Assembly (NCBI GenBank): GCA_964035545.1
Contig: OZ037771.1
Coordinates: forward strand, 8,115,408-8,179,407
Direction: 5' to 3'
DNA: 64,000 nt
Origin: Bugula neritina
Lineage: Eukaryota; Animalia; Bryozoa
Shown: one piece after another, positions 1 through 11,175 of the stretch
Position numbering within the stretch: position 1 is the first letter of the stretch
Layout: every line of letters starts with the position of its first letter
Made by a program: the position numbers and the translations under genes
Notes under the pieces: generated by a model
The model's input: the letters and a program-made list of their open reading frames with translations, nothing else
What the model was told of the DNA's origin: nothing
The model's database searches: none

Positions 1-2326
1 GCGCCGACAGGGCCTTGCTATAGTAAGCCACCACCACCTCGCGACCATCTTGGACCTGCGATAGCACAGCCCCCACATTATGGTTACTGGCATCAGTATC
101 CAAAATGTACTCCTTCGCAGGGTCAGGATACGCCAAGATGGGTGCTTCCACCAGGCGATCCTTCAGGTGGTCAAATGCCTTCTGCTCAGCCTGCGTCCAC
201 TGCCATCGCACCCCCTTTGCGGTCAGCTGATTTAACGGCTGTGCAATTCCGGCGAAGTCTGGTATGTACTGACGATAGTACCCTACCAGCCCCAGGAACG
301 CCCGCAATTCAGAGAGGTCGACAGGAACGGCCCAGTCCCTCACAGCCCGTACCTTCTCGGGGTCGGTGGCGACCCCGTCTCGACCAACTACATGGCCCAG
401 GTACTTGACCTCGAGTTGCAGTAATGCACACTTCGAGGGTTTTAGCTTCAGGCTAGCAGCTCGGAGTCTGTCGAACACCTCCCTGAGTCGACTGACATGT
501 GTGTCGAAGTCGGGGGAGATGACGATGACATCATCGAGATAGATGAGCAAGGTCTTCCAGTGCAGTCCACTCAGGACCTGCTCCATGAGTCGCTGGAAGG
601 TGGCTGGTGCGGACGTAAGTCCGAATGGCAACACCTTCCATTTCCAGAGCCCATCCCGCGTTATAAACGCGGCCTTGTCCTGTGTTTCAGGACTCAGGGG
701 CACCTGCCAATACCCGCTTAGCAAGTCCAACGTGCTGAAGAACTTGCTACCAGCTAAGGCATCGAGCGACTCATCGATCCTCGGGAGAGGGTAAGCGTCC
801 TGGATGGTCACGCTGTTCAGCCTGCGATAGTCAACGCAAAACCCCCAGCTACCATCCTTTTTCCGAACCAGGACGACTGGAGAACTCCAGGCCCCATGGC
901 CTGGCTCAATCAGGTCCCGGTTCAGAAGGTCTTGCACCTGACGGCTCACTTCTCTCTCCTTCTCAGGACCTAACCGGCGGGTCGGCTGCCGAATCGGCAC
1001 CGTCCCCGCCGCCAGGGGTATCTCATGACAGACAGTCTCAGTCAGACCCATGTCATGGTCGCCGCAACTAAACACGTCCTTGTACTCAGAGAGTAGCCGC
1101 GCCATCTCCAGGCGTTCTCGCTTGCTCTCACAGCCATCACAGGCATCCTCGTACAACTCTGCTACGTGTTCAGGCACCGGCCCCCTGCCGTCTCTAGTGG
1201 GTACTCCCCGGGCGTTGTCCGCTGTCTCCAGCGCGGGCCCTACATCCTCCTCTTGCACGGAGTGGAACTTCCCTACTAGAGACCCAGCCGGTAATTCTAC
1301 CGGCTCCGTGAAAGGGTTTACGCACTGGACCAGGAACTCCCCCCGCTCATCCAGTCTATTCAGACTGTTAGCGAGCTGGACGCCCCCCAGTGCACCTTCC
1401 ACCACTCCGAGCTCGGAGATTTCCCTACAGTTCACTCTGCAGCGAACTGTAGCCCGGGAGCGCCCAGGTACAGTACAGCGCTGTACCACCTGCACTCCCC
1501 CCACCAAGGGTCGGCCAAATCGGTCGACACAGGCCAGCTCACGCCCCGCCATCACTACTGCCGACTTGCTAAAGTCTATGTAGCACCTGTGTCGTTTCAG
1601 AAATGGCATGCCCAAGATGGCATCCTCCTTGAGTTGACTGACGATGAAGGTCTCACTGATCATCTGATCACGGACTCTACCAGTCAACTGGATTACCCCA
1701 TAGAAAGGAATACACGACCCGTCCGCCAACGTGCCGTGCTCCCCTTCATATGGTTCTAGGCTAACCCTGTCCCTGGCACTGAGAGTGTCGAAGAGACGTC
1801 AACTCAGTAGATTTGTGGTGCACCCAGTATCCAACAGGAATGTGGCAGCTTTACCAGCAGTTTTGCCGGGGAGGAAATAGCTGCTTCCATATGGCTGAGC
1901 GCTCACTGAGCGGTTTGTCTCTTGAGGCGACACCTCATGTGCATGGAGTTGGGGATGCACCTGTGCTTTTCGGTTGCGAGGGGGTCGTCGACGTTGCATG
2001 GGCGGGCAGGGTACGTCTCGGTCTCGCTCACACACGGGCGGCCGAGTGAATTCTCGGACTGATGCTCGTGTGGGCGACCGAGGAAAATCCCTGTTGTGCT
2101 CCCATTCGTCGTTCACTCCCTCATCAAGCAAACCTTCAAAGCGGTTTTTGAGTGCCCAAGCCGGAGGTATTGGTGGGCCTTGCGGCCGACTCACTCTCCT
2201 TGGGGCTTGCCACTCTGGCGAAGGCGGCCTCCTCACCCGGTGGGGTGGGGGCCGTAGCCTCTGCCTTGGGGGGTTAAACTGGGGCCCACGGTAGGCGGAA
2301 GTTACCATGGGCCGTCGCTGTTTAAC
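1..2326 (-). CDS. pol: Gypsy pol (protease-RT-RNase H), -1 frame relative to gag, with an in-frame TGA at 1799-1801; runs off the window
   Basis: Protease DTG motif, then NLLS*RLFDTL...ILGMPFLKRH. YLDD at ~541 is in the same frame as the post-stop codons (1798 and 541 are both 1 mod 3). Confidence 0.93.
2283..2326 (-). promoter_or_regulatory. Putative -1 programmed ribosomal frameshift signal (G UUA AAC + 6-nt spacer + 11-bp stem-loop)
   Basis: Heptamer at 2320-2326 lies in the gag/pol overlap. The stem is GGCCCAUGGUA (2313-2303) paired with UACCGUGGGCC (2293-2283). A -1 slip puts the ribosome into the pol frame (VKQRRPMVT). Confidence 0.78.
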
Positions 2327-3171
2327 CGCCTCCCACTGCCGCGGGGGCAACTTCGTAGGAAGTGCCCACCACTACCACAGCCCCAGCATACGGGGCCGCG
2401 CCTGTCGTCGACAGCTACCGACGACCTCTTGGGTCTCTCGGCTGTTGCCTGCTGGCGCAGTTGCCTGATCTCGGCTAGCAGTTCTCGAATCAAGCTCGTG
2501 GTTAAGCTAGATTCGTCTGCTGCTGCCGCTGCGACCTGTACAGCTCTCTTCGCTGGCGACGTCGACACGTCGTCTGCCCCGACCTGCTGTACTGTCGCAC
2601 CAGGTCGACTTGCACTGTCGGCTTGGAAATAGGCATTCCCAAGCCTTAGAGCTCTATCCATAGTCTCAACTTCGGCCACCAGCAGATGCTGTTTCAGACC
2701 GAGGTTGTTAATAGACTGGAGGAATGCATCCAGTGCTAGGCTCTGTCAACTGTCGGCAGGCAAGTCGCTGTAAGCAACTTGTGCCAGTCGTTCGACTACG
2801 GTAGCGTGCTCTCGCAGATTGGTCTTAGGATTTCTCCTAAGACTCTGCAGTTGCACGCGAGCATCTCGAGCGGTTAATCTAAACCGGGCTCGTAGTGCTT
2901 CAAATATGTCACCGACATTCTGGCTTATCCCATAGGGTTTAGCCGGCCCTGTCAGACACAACCGCAGCTGGATCAGAGTAACCCTGTTCGGCCATCCGCA
3001 GATGTCCGCCACATCACTAAACTCAGTGATGAATTGCTCCACATCTTCTTCTCCTGAGAAGATGGGAGCCCGCAAGTGGTACCTGTCCATAGGCAGCGCT
3101 GGGCCGCCTATGTGATCCTTCTCTATTGCTGCTGGCTCCTGTCGGGGCGCGTCGACGACTTTGTCGGCCAT
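2302..3171 (-). CDS. gag: Gypsy gag (capsid + CCHC zinc knuckle), interrupted by an in-frame TGA at 2746-2748
   Basis: ORFs 2746..3171 and 2302..2679 are in the same frame. Reading through gives ...LPADS*QSLALDAFLQSINNLGLKQHLLVAEVETMDRAL..., with a CX2CX4HX4C knuckle near the C-terminus. Confidence 0.9.
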
Positions 3172-3205
3172 CTTACTCCCTGGCTAGGGGCATTTGTATT
3201 AAGTG

Positions 3206-3225
3206 GAATCCCACTGCTGCCACCA
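3206..3225 (-). promoter_or_regulatory. Primer binding site complementary to the tRNA-Leu 3' end
   Basis: The + strand reads GAATCCCACTGCTGCCACCA, essentially the 3' end plus CCA of animal tRNA-Leu(AAG/TAG) (GAATCCCACCGCTGCCACCA). The - strand reads TGGTGGCAGCAGTGGGATTC immediately after the LTR. Confidence 0.88.
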
Positions 3226-3226
3226 G

Positions 3227-3732
3227 TGTAGTGAATTTTGCCAGTTCACTATTATTATGTGTGGGTCTACTTAATCAAAGCCACTGCACCAGGTTGTTTA
3301 CGATAAGATACTTTATTATTTACACAAATACAAGAAGGTTATTTACTGCTAACATGAATAGAAAACGATTACATAATTAGTGAGCTTTAATACACAACTA
3401 CTCTAAATGAAGTCCCAAGCTGCTCTGCCGGCTAGCTACTCAGCGCACTGCAACTACGAGTAGCTAGCTCCACCTGCTGTTAATTAGTGTGACTGTCCTG
3501 ATTGGTGGTTACTAGTGGTGCCACTGCTGTCCATAGTTGCACTCCGACAGTGTCGAACTCACAAGATAATAAACAATATAGAGTAAACCTTTTCGATTAA
3601 TATAATAAGAATTGCATTACTAAAATCTATCACAGTATTCTAACTAAATAAACTCTTGGCAATTATAAATCTGGCGAAGTGGCTTTCAATAAAGAAACCC
3701 GTTGTTTGCTAGTGAAACACAAATTCGCTACA
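3227..3732 (-). repeat. 5' LTR (506 bp) of the Gypsy element
   Basis: Ends are TG...CA with a 12-bp terminal inverted repeat (tgtagtgaattt at 3227; aaattcgctaca at 3721-3732; 1 mismatch). It lies 1 nt from the PBS. An AATAAA reads on the - strand at ~3312-3317. Confidence 0.88.
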
Positions 3733-3930
3733 TTATAACACTAACTAATTTTATAGATGTATAGTCTTTTTCAAGTTTTGCTTAAATCAATTTTCAAATT
3801 TAAATGAAAATCACTCCACCATATTTTCCCTCTATTTAATTTGTTATGATAGATGATTTGACAACCACCTCCTTGCTATTTGTTATGGAAACCAACTTAT
3901 TTCATAGGTTTCAAATCTTTCTAACATAAG

Positions 3931-6900
3931 ATGGCTGCCCAACACTTACCCCCAGACTATGAATGTGGTTTCTGTGCATCCAGAACAGAGTCTATGATAG
4001 ATCCAAGGGAGCTGCCTTGTCAACATGTATTCTGTTTGAGTTGTATTGAAGGATACTACAACCAACATGGCTCTGTGACCTGCCCTACTTGTAGGTGAGT
4101 GAGTAGCAAATTATAGTTCTTTCTATATAGTCGAAGACTAATAAAACTGCAACACCTGCAGGTTTAGCATCAATAGCCTACATCATGATCTACATTGTTT
4201 AAACATTGTCTATAGAATATTTTTTGTAAACTAAAGCCTATTGCAATAGTGATTCAAACATAGAGTTGTAAATAAATTTAATACAGAAAAAAATGTTATG
4301 TTTTATTCAAATAGCTGAAATTTTCTAGCACTAGTTAGCTAAGTATATATTTCTTGAAGAGAATTGTGTGATGTACTGAACCTTGAAGAATTGCCAGAAG
4401 TTGAATCAGAGGAAAGTAGACCAGAATCTGAAACTCTGTTTTGTACAGTTGATCAATGTGAAGGTCAACTGGCTGTACGTTTCTGTGTGACATGTGACTA
4501 TAAATTCTGTGCTGACCATCTGAAGGTATAAGAGCATTGTTGTAAAATATCTCCCCTTGTATACTTTTATCTTTTTTGTTAGGCTTTTCTTCCACTACAT
4601 GTTTTTCTATATAGATTTTGGTTTACAAATCATTTTGATGATAATGCCTCTACGCACATAGATGAGATTAGCTCATATGATTTGCATGCCCCTCTCAAGT
4701 ATCTCCTTTTGCTATATATGGCTGAGATAGCATAGCAATAAGTTTATAACTAATGCACATGCATGTTTGTGAAAACATTTTGGCTTGCAAGCACAAAGTT
4801 GAGCTAACACACTTAAAACGTAATGAGCAAATGTGTGCATTATATAGCTTCTGTTTGCTTATCTTAGTACTCTTTTGCTAAAGTTGATAAAATGAATTTC
4901 AAAAAACTAAGTTATACGCATTTGAAGTTTAAGAGGAATGAGAAAATTGACGTTTTCATTCCTATTTCTAATTCTCTGCAATATAGTTTAATCATTCAAT
5001 GGTGTATTACAAACTATGCAACAACCAAGACATTATATATCAAGCATTTCAATTGAAAAATGAAAGTTAATAGATAATCTTCCCATTATTTGATTTGACA
5101 ATCTACATCTTAATTTTTCACTTTATCATCCTTAAGTAATAAACTATATTACATTAACTATTCTGTTAATACAAAAAAACCTCAGTATAACAGCCTTTTT
5201 CAGCTTCATAAAACTCTTTACAAAGAATCTCATGATGAAATAGACATTGATGTCTACAAGCAAGCACCAGCTACATATACTAAACCAGTCTGTGAACAGC
5301 ATGAAGAGGTTCTAATTAAAGCTTGTAAGAAATGTGACAGATTGATCTGTAATGAATGTGATGTTCATGGAACTGACTGTACAGGTATGAGTTAGTGTTG
5401 TTTTTTATATTACCATATATAGAAGAACAAACAGAAAAACGTACCACTTATATAGTGTATTCATATCAAAATATTATGCTATATTATACAGCATACAGCT
5501 AAGAATACCAAGCATACAGGTTTCTTTCTGTTGTTTATTGGAAAATAAATGGCATTGAACTTGTAAATAAAATCCTGATTTTTAAACCAAAATTTTATTA
5601 TTTTATATAGGTATAGAGGAAGATCAACACAACTTCAAGTTTCTTTTTTCTCTGCAAGAAGAAATAAATACATATCTACAGACTCAGTTAAAAACTACAA
5701 CAGAAAAGATAGATGAAGTGTATGAACTGGACAAGAAAATTTGGGGAGAACTGGATGATCAGGAACAGACATGTGGAGAACTTGTAAAGAAGATACGGAA
5801 ATTGCGCAAAGAAGGGGTGAGTTTAAAATTATTCCTTTAGAGCAGCCATAAAGTGCCTATATTGATTTATTAGATAAAAATTAGATTTTGGCCAAACAAC
5901 TGCTGCATTAAATGCAATTACTTTTTATTTAGATATAAAAGTGGACAAGCTTTAAACTGTCAATTTTCTGGAACTTTGTAAAAAATAAGTTTATGCCAAA
6001 ATATTGATGAACAGTTTTAAAAATTTAGAAATTAAAAAACACTTTGAGTATAATAGTATGTTTCCTTAAAAAAAATTTAAATATTAAATAAGGAATTTTA
6101 AACTTACTTTACCATAGTCTGTTTCAAACAGATAAAGAAAATTAAGGATAAAAGTCAAGAACTTATGAAAAAGATCATAGGTCACAGGAAAAAAGTAACC
6201 AGTGAAGTGGAAGCTTTCTACAACAATCTGATGTTGAAGAGAAATGAGTTGCAGAAAGTACAAACTGATTTGAATCATTTGATTCAAAATAGTCATGTGA
6301 CTGAGAAAGTGAAGCAGAGAAAAGGAATTACAGAGGAACTGAGCAAAATAGTACTGGGTGCATCTGCAATCAGTAAACCCCAAGCTCTATGTCAGTCTTG
6401 TAAGTTTTATATTATACTACAGATGTAACTTTTTGCATGGTGCCAATAGCGTAGCTGTCAAACCCATCTTTTAAACTGTATAAGTTAATTTTAATCAGTA
6501 GTGGTGTTATATGTTATAAGTTCTTTTACTTAGCTAATTTTCTAAGTTAGCACTGTATTTTCAAGCAATTTAAAAATTTTAGGCCCAATAGCAGCACCAG
6601 ACTAATAAACGGTATATCTATCTATTACAGATGAAAGAGTTTCATCACTGCTAGGTGTGAGCCTGGTGACAATTCCATCATTACTGACATTCATATCTGA
6701 ACATGAGACAAACAGTCAGTGTATGGCTGCTTGTTATAGACAGAATGGAGATCTACTTGTAGGTACAAGTAATGGATTGGACGTCCTCCATAAAGGTGAA
6801 GATAAACTGATTGTATGCAGCACAGATATGAAAATAGTTACATCAGTGATCGAACATCACCAGAATCTAATCATATTATATAATGTGAATAACACAGACA

Positions 6901-7554
6901 TGATAGAAATGTGTTTGGCTGGTGACATCACAAAAAGAAAAAAACTTTTTTATCTCCACAGAACAAGTTATACAGCAGCAATAATGACAGTCTCTGACAG
7001 ATATGTTGTGGTGAAGAATTCAGATGCCAGGCAGTTGACTATTTATGACTTTACATCTCAGCAAAGAAAAAAAATATATTCTGTAGATGTGCTTAATTTA
7101 CAGCTTTTACCAGGTGCTTGTCTGTTAGGAGTTTGTAAAGAAAAATTGCAAAAATTCAAAATAGAGAATGGACAGCTGGTTGAACTCTGGACATGCAATG
7201 ATATTACAGATGGATATCGTCTCTGTACAGATTCTAATGGATTCATCTACGTAACAACCAGATTGTTGAAGAAGATATATGTTGTCTCTTCTCAAGGTGC
7301 TGCTAATAATATTAGTATAATTACATAAGTATTGTTTAGACATGTATTTTTCTACTTGCAATAACTTTATTAACAGTAGTTAAGTGCAAATAGTATAAAC
7401 TAAACAAGTTGTTTGTTTAACAGGAGAGTTATTGCAAACACTCTCTCATGACAAACTACCATCAAGATTGGCAGGAGTACCAAGTATCAGAGATGGAGTA
7501 ATAGCTGTACCTTGTTGGGATGAAAACAGGTTGTGTTTGTTTAGAGTAGTTTAA
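3931..7554 (+). CDS. TRIM E3 ligase-like gene A: RING-Bbox1-Bbox2-coiled coil-NHL-like beta-propeller, 7 coding exons
   Basis: Exons ~3931-4094 (MAAQHLPPDYECGFC...LPCQHVFCLSC...CPTC, C3HC4 RING), 4360-4525 (CTVDQC...CVTCDYKFCADH), 5204-5384 (CEQHEE...CKKCDRLICNEC), 5611-5816 and 6132-6399 (coiled coil), 6631-7296 and 7424-7554 (beta-rich repeats, CTDSNGFIYV; ends LFRVV*). All introns are GT-AG, phases are consistent, and no lesion was seen. Confidence 0.9.
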
Positions 7555-9086
7555 ATGTGAAATAGTGAAAATGTGATTATTTGTATGTTTGTTAAACTCA
7601 GCATATAGTTTAAGCTCAGTGCACACTACAGTATATTTTATTAAATTGTTTAGTTAAGGATAATTAGCATATTAAAATCATTTCTATGTTCTGAACTTTT
7701 TCAACAAGATGTCACTTGATTTATCAATAATTGATTTTGTGACTGCTAGCTACTTTGTTTAATACAGCAATTTACTCAAAATTATTTAGATCTATAGGTA
7801 TTCCTATATAAATAAGCAACATTATTAGCGCAATATGCATCATTTATAAGTTTTAAATATTGCTTGTTGTAAGTATTTCGTTTCGTTGTTTGCCTGTTTA
7901 TTTGCTTTAATTTCTTAAGTTTACAAGGCTACTAATAAAAGAATATACGATATACTTGTTACACCCTACTCTTGTCTAATATTATGAACCAGTCACAATC
8001 TGCAGAGTTCATCAACCACTACACATATAGTAATGCAAATAATATATAGTTGTGCAATTCATGTCTATATGCTATGCTATTAAAAGTGTCAATCCGATAA
8101 CAAAATACACACAAAGTCTGCTTAAAAACTCAACACTTTTCTAGGAGTTCCTGATGATATATCATAGTGGCCTTTTAATACTTAGGCTAATTGTACTTGT
8201 TTTCTATTGTGGCAAAAAGCAATTTAATGACTGAGTGCCCTTTCTTGCCATCAACAATAGCCTGAACCTAGAGGTAACCTATAGCTTTGTGCTTACTATA
8301 GTTGCCAGTGCCCTATAGCCACCACCATTGAACTATAACCTATTAACTATAACTTATAGTTTCAGTTCAGTGGCCACCACCACGGCTGCTCTTTAAGAAA
8401 AGCAACAAACTAGTTATTGTCAATATTGTACTATGGCAGTCAATTGCAAGAAGAAATCCAAAAACAGCATTTTCATTCATCTTTTAAGCAGTCCATAAAT
8501 ACATTACAACTTCTCATACATGACACTGCATTTTTAAAAGCCTGCCTTGTTAATTTAATCAACAGGTCAAAACTTTCATATATGAGATTGAGCTATTGTT
8601 ACAGCATTGTACTAATGGATAGTTGAATGTTACAGAAAGACTATTTTATTATTAGCTGCTGTAATCAGAGCCATGCAGGTGAACACATAATAAAACTAAC
8701 AGCTATATTTTAGGTGTACCTAATCAATATTTTGTATTGCAATGAAATTCAAGAAATCAAGAGCATATTCTTGCATTCCATTAACTCTATTCAGTTAACA
8801 TGATTATTGCAGCTGACAAATTGGTGACTTCCCTTTCAGCATGAGCACCAGACAAAAGAATTTTGTTTTTACTTGGTTTATAATGTTGTATGAAGAGTCA
8901 TAAACAGTTTTAGGGTAATATATCTAATGGGACTGAGTCTACAATAACATTCCATATTATTTACTTACATTATTGGTAATCAATAGCTAATATTTTTGGG
9001 GCGTATTCTTCATTGTACCAGTTGATACCAGACAGTGTGCCTGCCAGATTATAGGCACTAAACAGGTGTGGCATATTATTAGCAAT

Positions 9087-9257
9087 AGTGTAAGTACATG
9101 GTGTAAGTACATGGTGTAAGTACATGGTGTAAGTTATACATCGTGTAAGTACATGGGGTAAGTATATGGTGTAAGTACATGGTGTAAGGACATGGTGTAA
9201 GTGCATAGTGTAAGTACATGGTGTAAGTACATAGTGTAAGTACACGGTGTAAGTACA
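9087..9257. repeat. 13-bp minisatellite (gtacatggtgtaa)n in the JmjC intron 3 homolog
   Basis: About 13 imperfect tandem units. The paralogous array is at 14785-15022. Confidence 0.9.
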
Positions 9258-9744
9258 GTTTCTATGTTATGTTCTGTATAAGAGAAATGAACTGAAGGAC
9301 AAGTCAAACAGAATCAGATTACATCAATACCGCTGTGTTGGCTTTACCATTGGTGGACAATTTCATGGGGAATCCCTACACTGTGCTCACAGAGAGAAGG
9401 TGACTCCACAAGCAAGTTGGTCTACATAATATAGTATTAGTTGTTCTTTTGAAATACTAAACTTTAGCATAACCATTGCTTGTAGAAGTTTTGCTTTGCT
9501 TCTCATGCAAGCTATTGACTGTTGCTTTTGCGAATATATATTATTATGTTACATATTATATTATTGTCTTACATATTATATTATTATGCTACATATTATA
9601 TTATTATCATATTTAGTAGGGTAATATACAAATACTTTCGAATTAACATAATTTATTAGCAGTTGTAAACATAGAATAATGTTACTGATCTTGAGAATCA
9701 ACAGTAATACACGTGAACAGTGACATCACATCCTGTATCACTTA

Positions 9745-11175
9745 CAGCGTACTCAAGAAGGACAAACACGAACTTCTTGGTACCAGCTAATAGACAGTTC
9801 ATGTTCATCTTCCGCAATGATCTTCTCTGCTTGTGGTTTCAGTCTGTTCAGCAGGATCTTCAACATGACTTTACTTGGGTGACTTCTTAGGCTAATAGTG
9901 CGGTAATTCTGGCACAGATGTAGGTTGCCTTTCTTGGGGAGTGTGATCACCAGTGATTGTGTCCATGGTGTTGGCCATTCTCCTGTCTGCCAGATCTTGT
10001 TGCAGATGATTGTCAAGGCGTTGATCATGACCTCTCCTCCTGCCTGCACTAGTTCTCCTGGTATATTATCCACTCCTGCTGACTTCTCTTTTTTCAGTGC
10101 TTTGATTGCTGCTTCAACTTCTTCTCAAAGGATGGGATGGTCATCAATGTTGGTGGCTGGAGGGACAATCAGTACTTCTGGGTTTCCTGTGGCTTTGGCT
10201 TTGTACAGTTCTGAGCAGTACTCTGTCCATCATCTCAAAATGTCCTGTTCCTCTGTCAGGCACTTCCCTTCTTTGTCTTGTATGGTGGTGGTGCGTCTCT
10301 GTTTTGTACATGCCAGGTCTTTCACTAGTTGGTATGCCTTTTTGCTGTTATTTGTCTTCAGGTTTTCTTCTATTTCTGGGCACTTCTCCTCAATTCAGTT
10401 TTCTTTTGCCCTTTTCATGCCCCTTTTGATTTTCTGACTGACTGCCCCATACTGTTTTGCACCTTCTGGTTCCTTCTTCGTTTTCTTCAGTTCTCTTCGT
10501 TTGTCACACAGGTCAAGGATATCAGCTGTGACCCAGGGCTTTTTGACAGTTTGGTGTTTGCCAAGAATCTCACTGGCTGTTTTGGTCACAGCTGTGTTGA
10601 AGGTGCCAATCAACGTGTCACTGTCAGCATCAATAACAGTGAGAGACCCCTTGCAAACTTTTCTCCTATCGTGGCTTGAAAGTCTTCGGCTATCTCGGGG
10701 TCCTTCAGTTTCTCGAGGTCAAACTTCAATCTAGTGTAGCGCTGCTTTTTAACCCTCTTCAAGTGGAGGCGTAAGGTCAACATCACGAGGTCATGGTCGC
10801 TTCCTACATCTGCTCCTGACATTGTAAACAGACACAAATTCCTCAAATGGAATTTGAGAGCTTGAATTTGTGCGACTTTCCTTTTTCCTGTTTTCCACAA
10901 GGACGGTGTGGTTGTTGGGAATCCCCGGAAGTTTCATGAAATGCTCATCAGTCCACAGTCTATAGGCAGGAGAATTCAATATGGCCGTCTTGAACACCAC
11001 GGGACTCTGTTGATAGACAAATGTAGTGAAAAATTCCATCGTAGAAATATTACTTCCTTTCTTCACTATAGTGACGTGAATAGAAGGGGGGGTTGGCTTT
11101 GCCAAAAACAATCTTAGACACAGTGCTGGAGATGTTAAGTAGGAGGCCACATACTAAGGCTATGTAAATTGCCAT
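9745..11175 (-). pseudogene. JmjC/cupin oxygenase pseudogene copy 1 (exon 1 with indels, RTE patch, 3' half of exon 3; rest lost)
   Basis: The exon-1 homolog (QSPVVFKTAILNSPAYRLWTDEHF...VENRKKESRTN) is fused to an RTE fragment at ~10818. Host sequence resumes at HMNCLLAGT (~9806-9748), so the HTD motif is deleted. Confidence 0.85.
9807..10818 (-). mobile_element. RTE-clade (BovB-like) LINE internal fragment, degenerate
   Basis: Translates to GADVGSDHDLV (endonuclease end), KKPWVTADILDLCDKRR, KSAGVDNIPGEL...IWQTGEWPTPWTQSLVITLPKKGN...CQNYRTISL...KVMLKILLNRL (RT start). Frameshifted; lacks both termini. Confidence 0.92.

Larger units (their letters stand above)
1..3732 (-). mobile_element. Ty3/Gypsy LTR retrotransposon, 5' part (5' LTR-PBS-gag-PR-RT-RNase H); continues off the left edge
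   Basis: Minus-strand translation gives a gag with a CCHC knuckle (CWGCGSGGHFLRSC) and an aspartic protease (LLDTGC...ILGMPFL). RT motifs follow (WSSPVVLVRKKDGSWGFCVDYRRLN, LPFGLTSAPATFQRLM, YLDD at ~530-541), then the RNase H start (YILDTDAS...VGAVLSQ...VAYYSKAL). The PR-RT-RH order is Gypsy type. The element is GC/CpG-rich against an AT-rich host. Confidence 0.97.

Noticed and set aside
142-2632. Plus-strand ORFs (e.g. 1050..1583, 1974..2294) over the retrotransposon
   Set aside because: These are antisense shadows of the GC-rich gag-pol frames and have no recognisable motifs.
3206-3225. tRNA-Leu-like sequence as a tRNA gene
   Set aside because: Only the 3' 20 nt, including CCA, are present beside the LTR, so it is a PBS.
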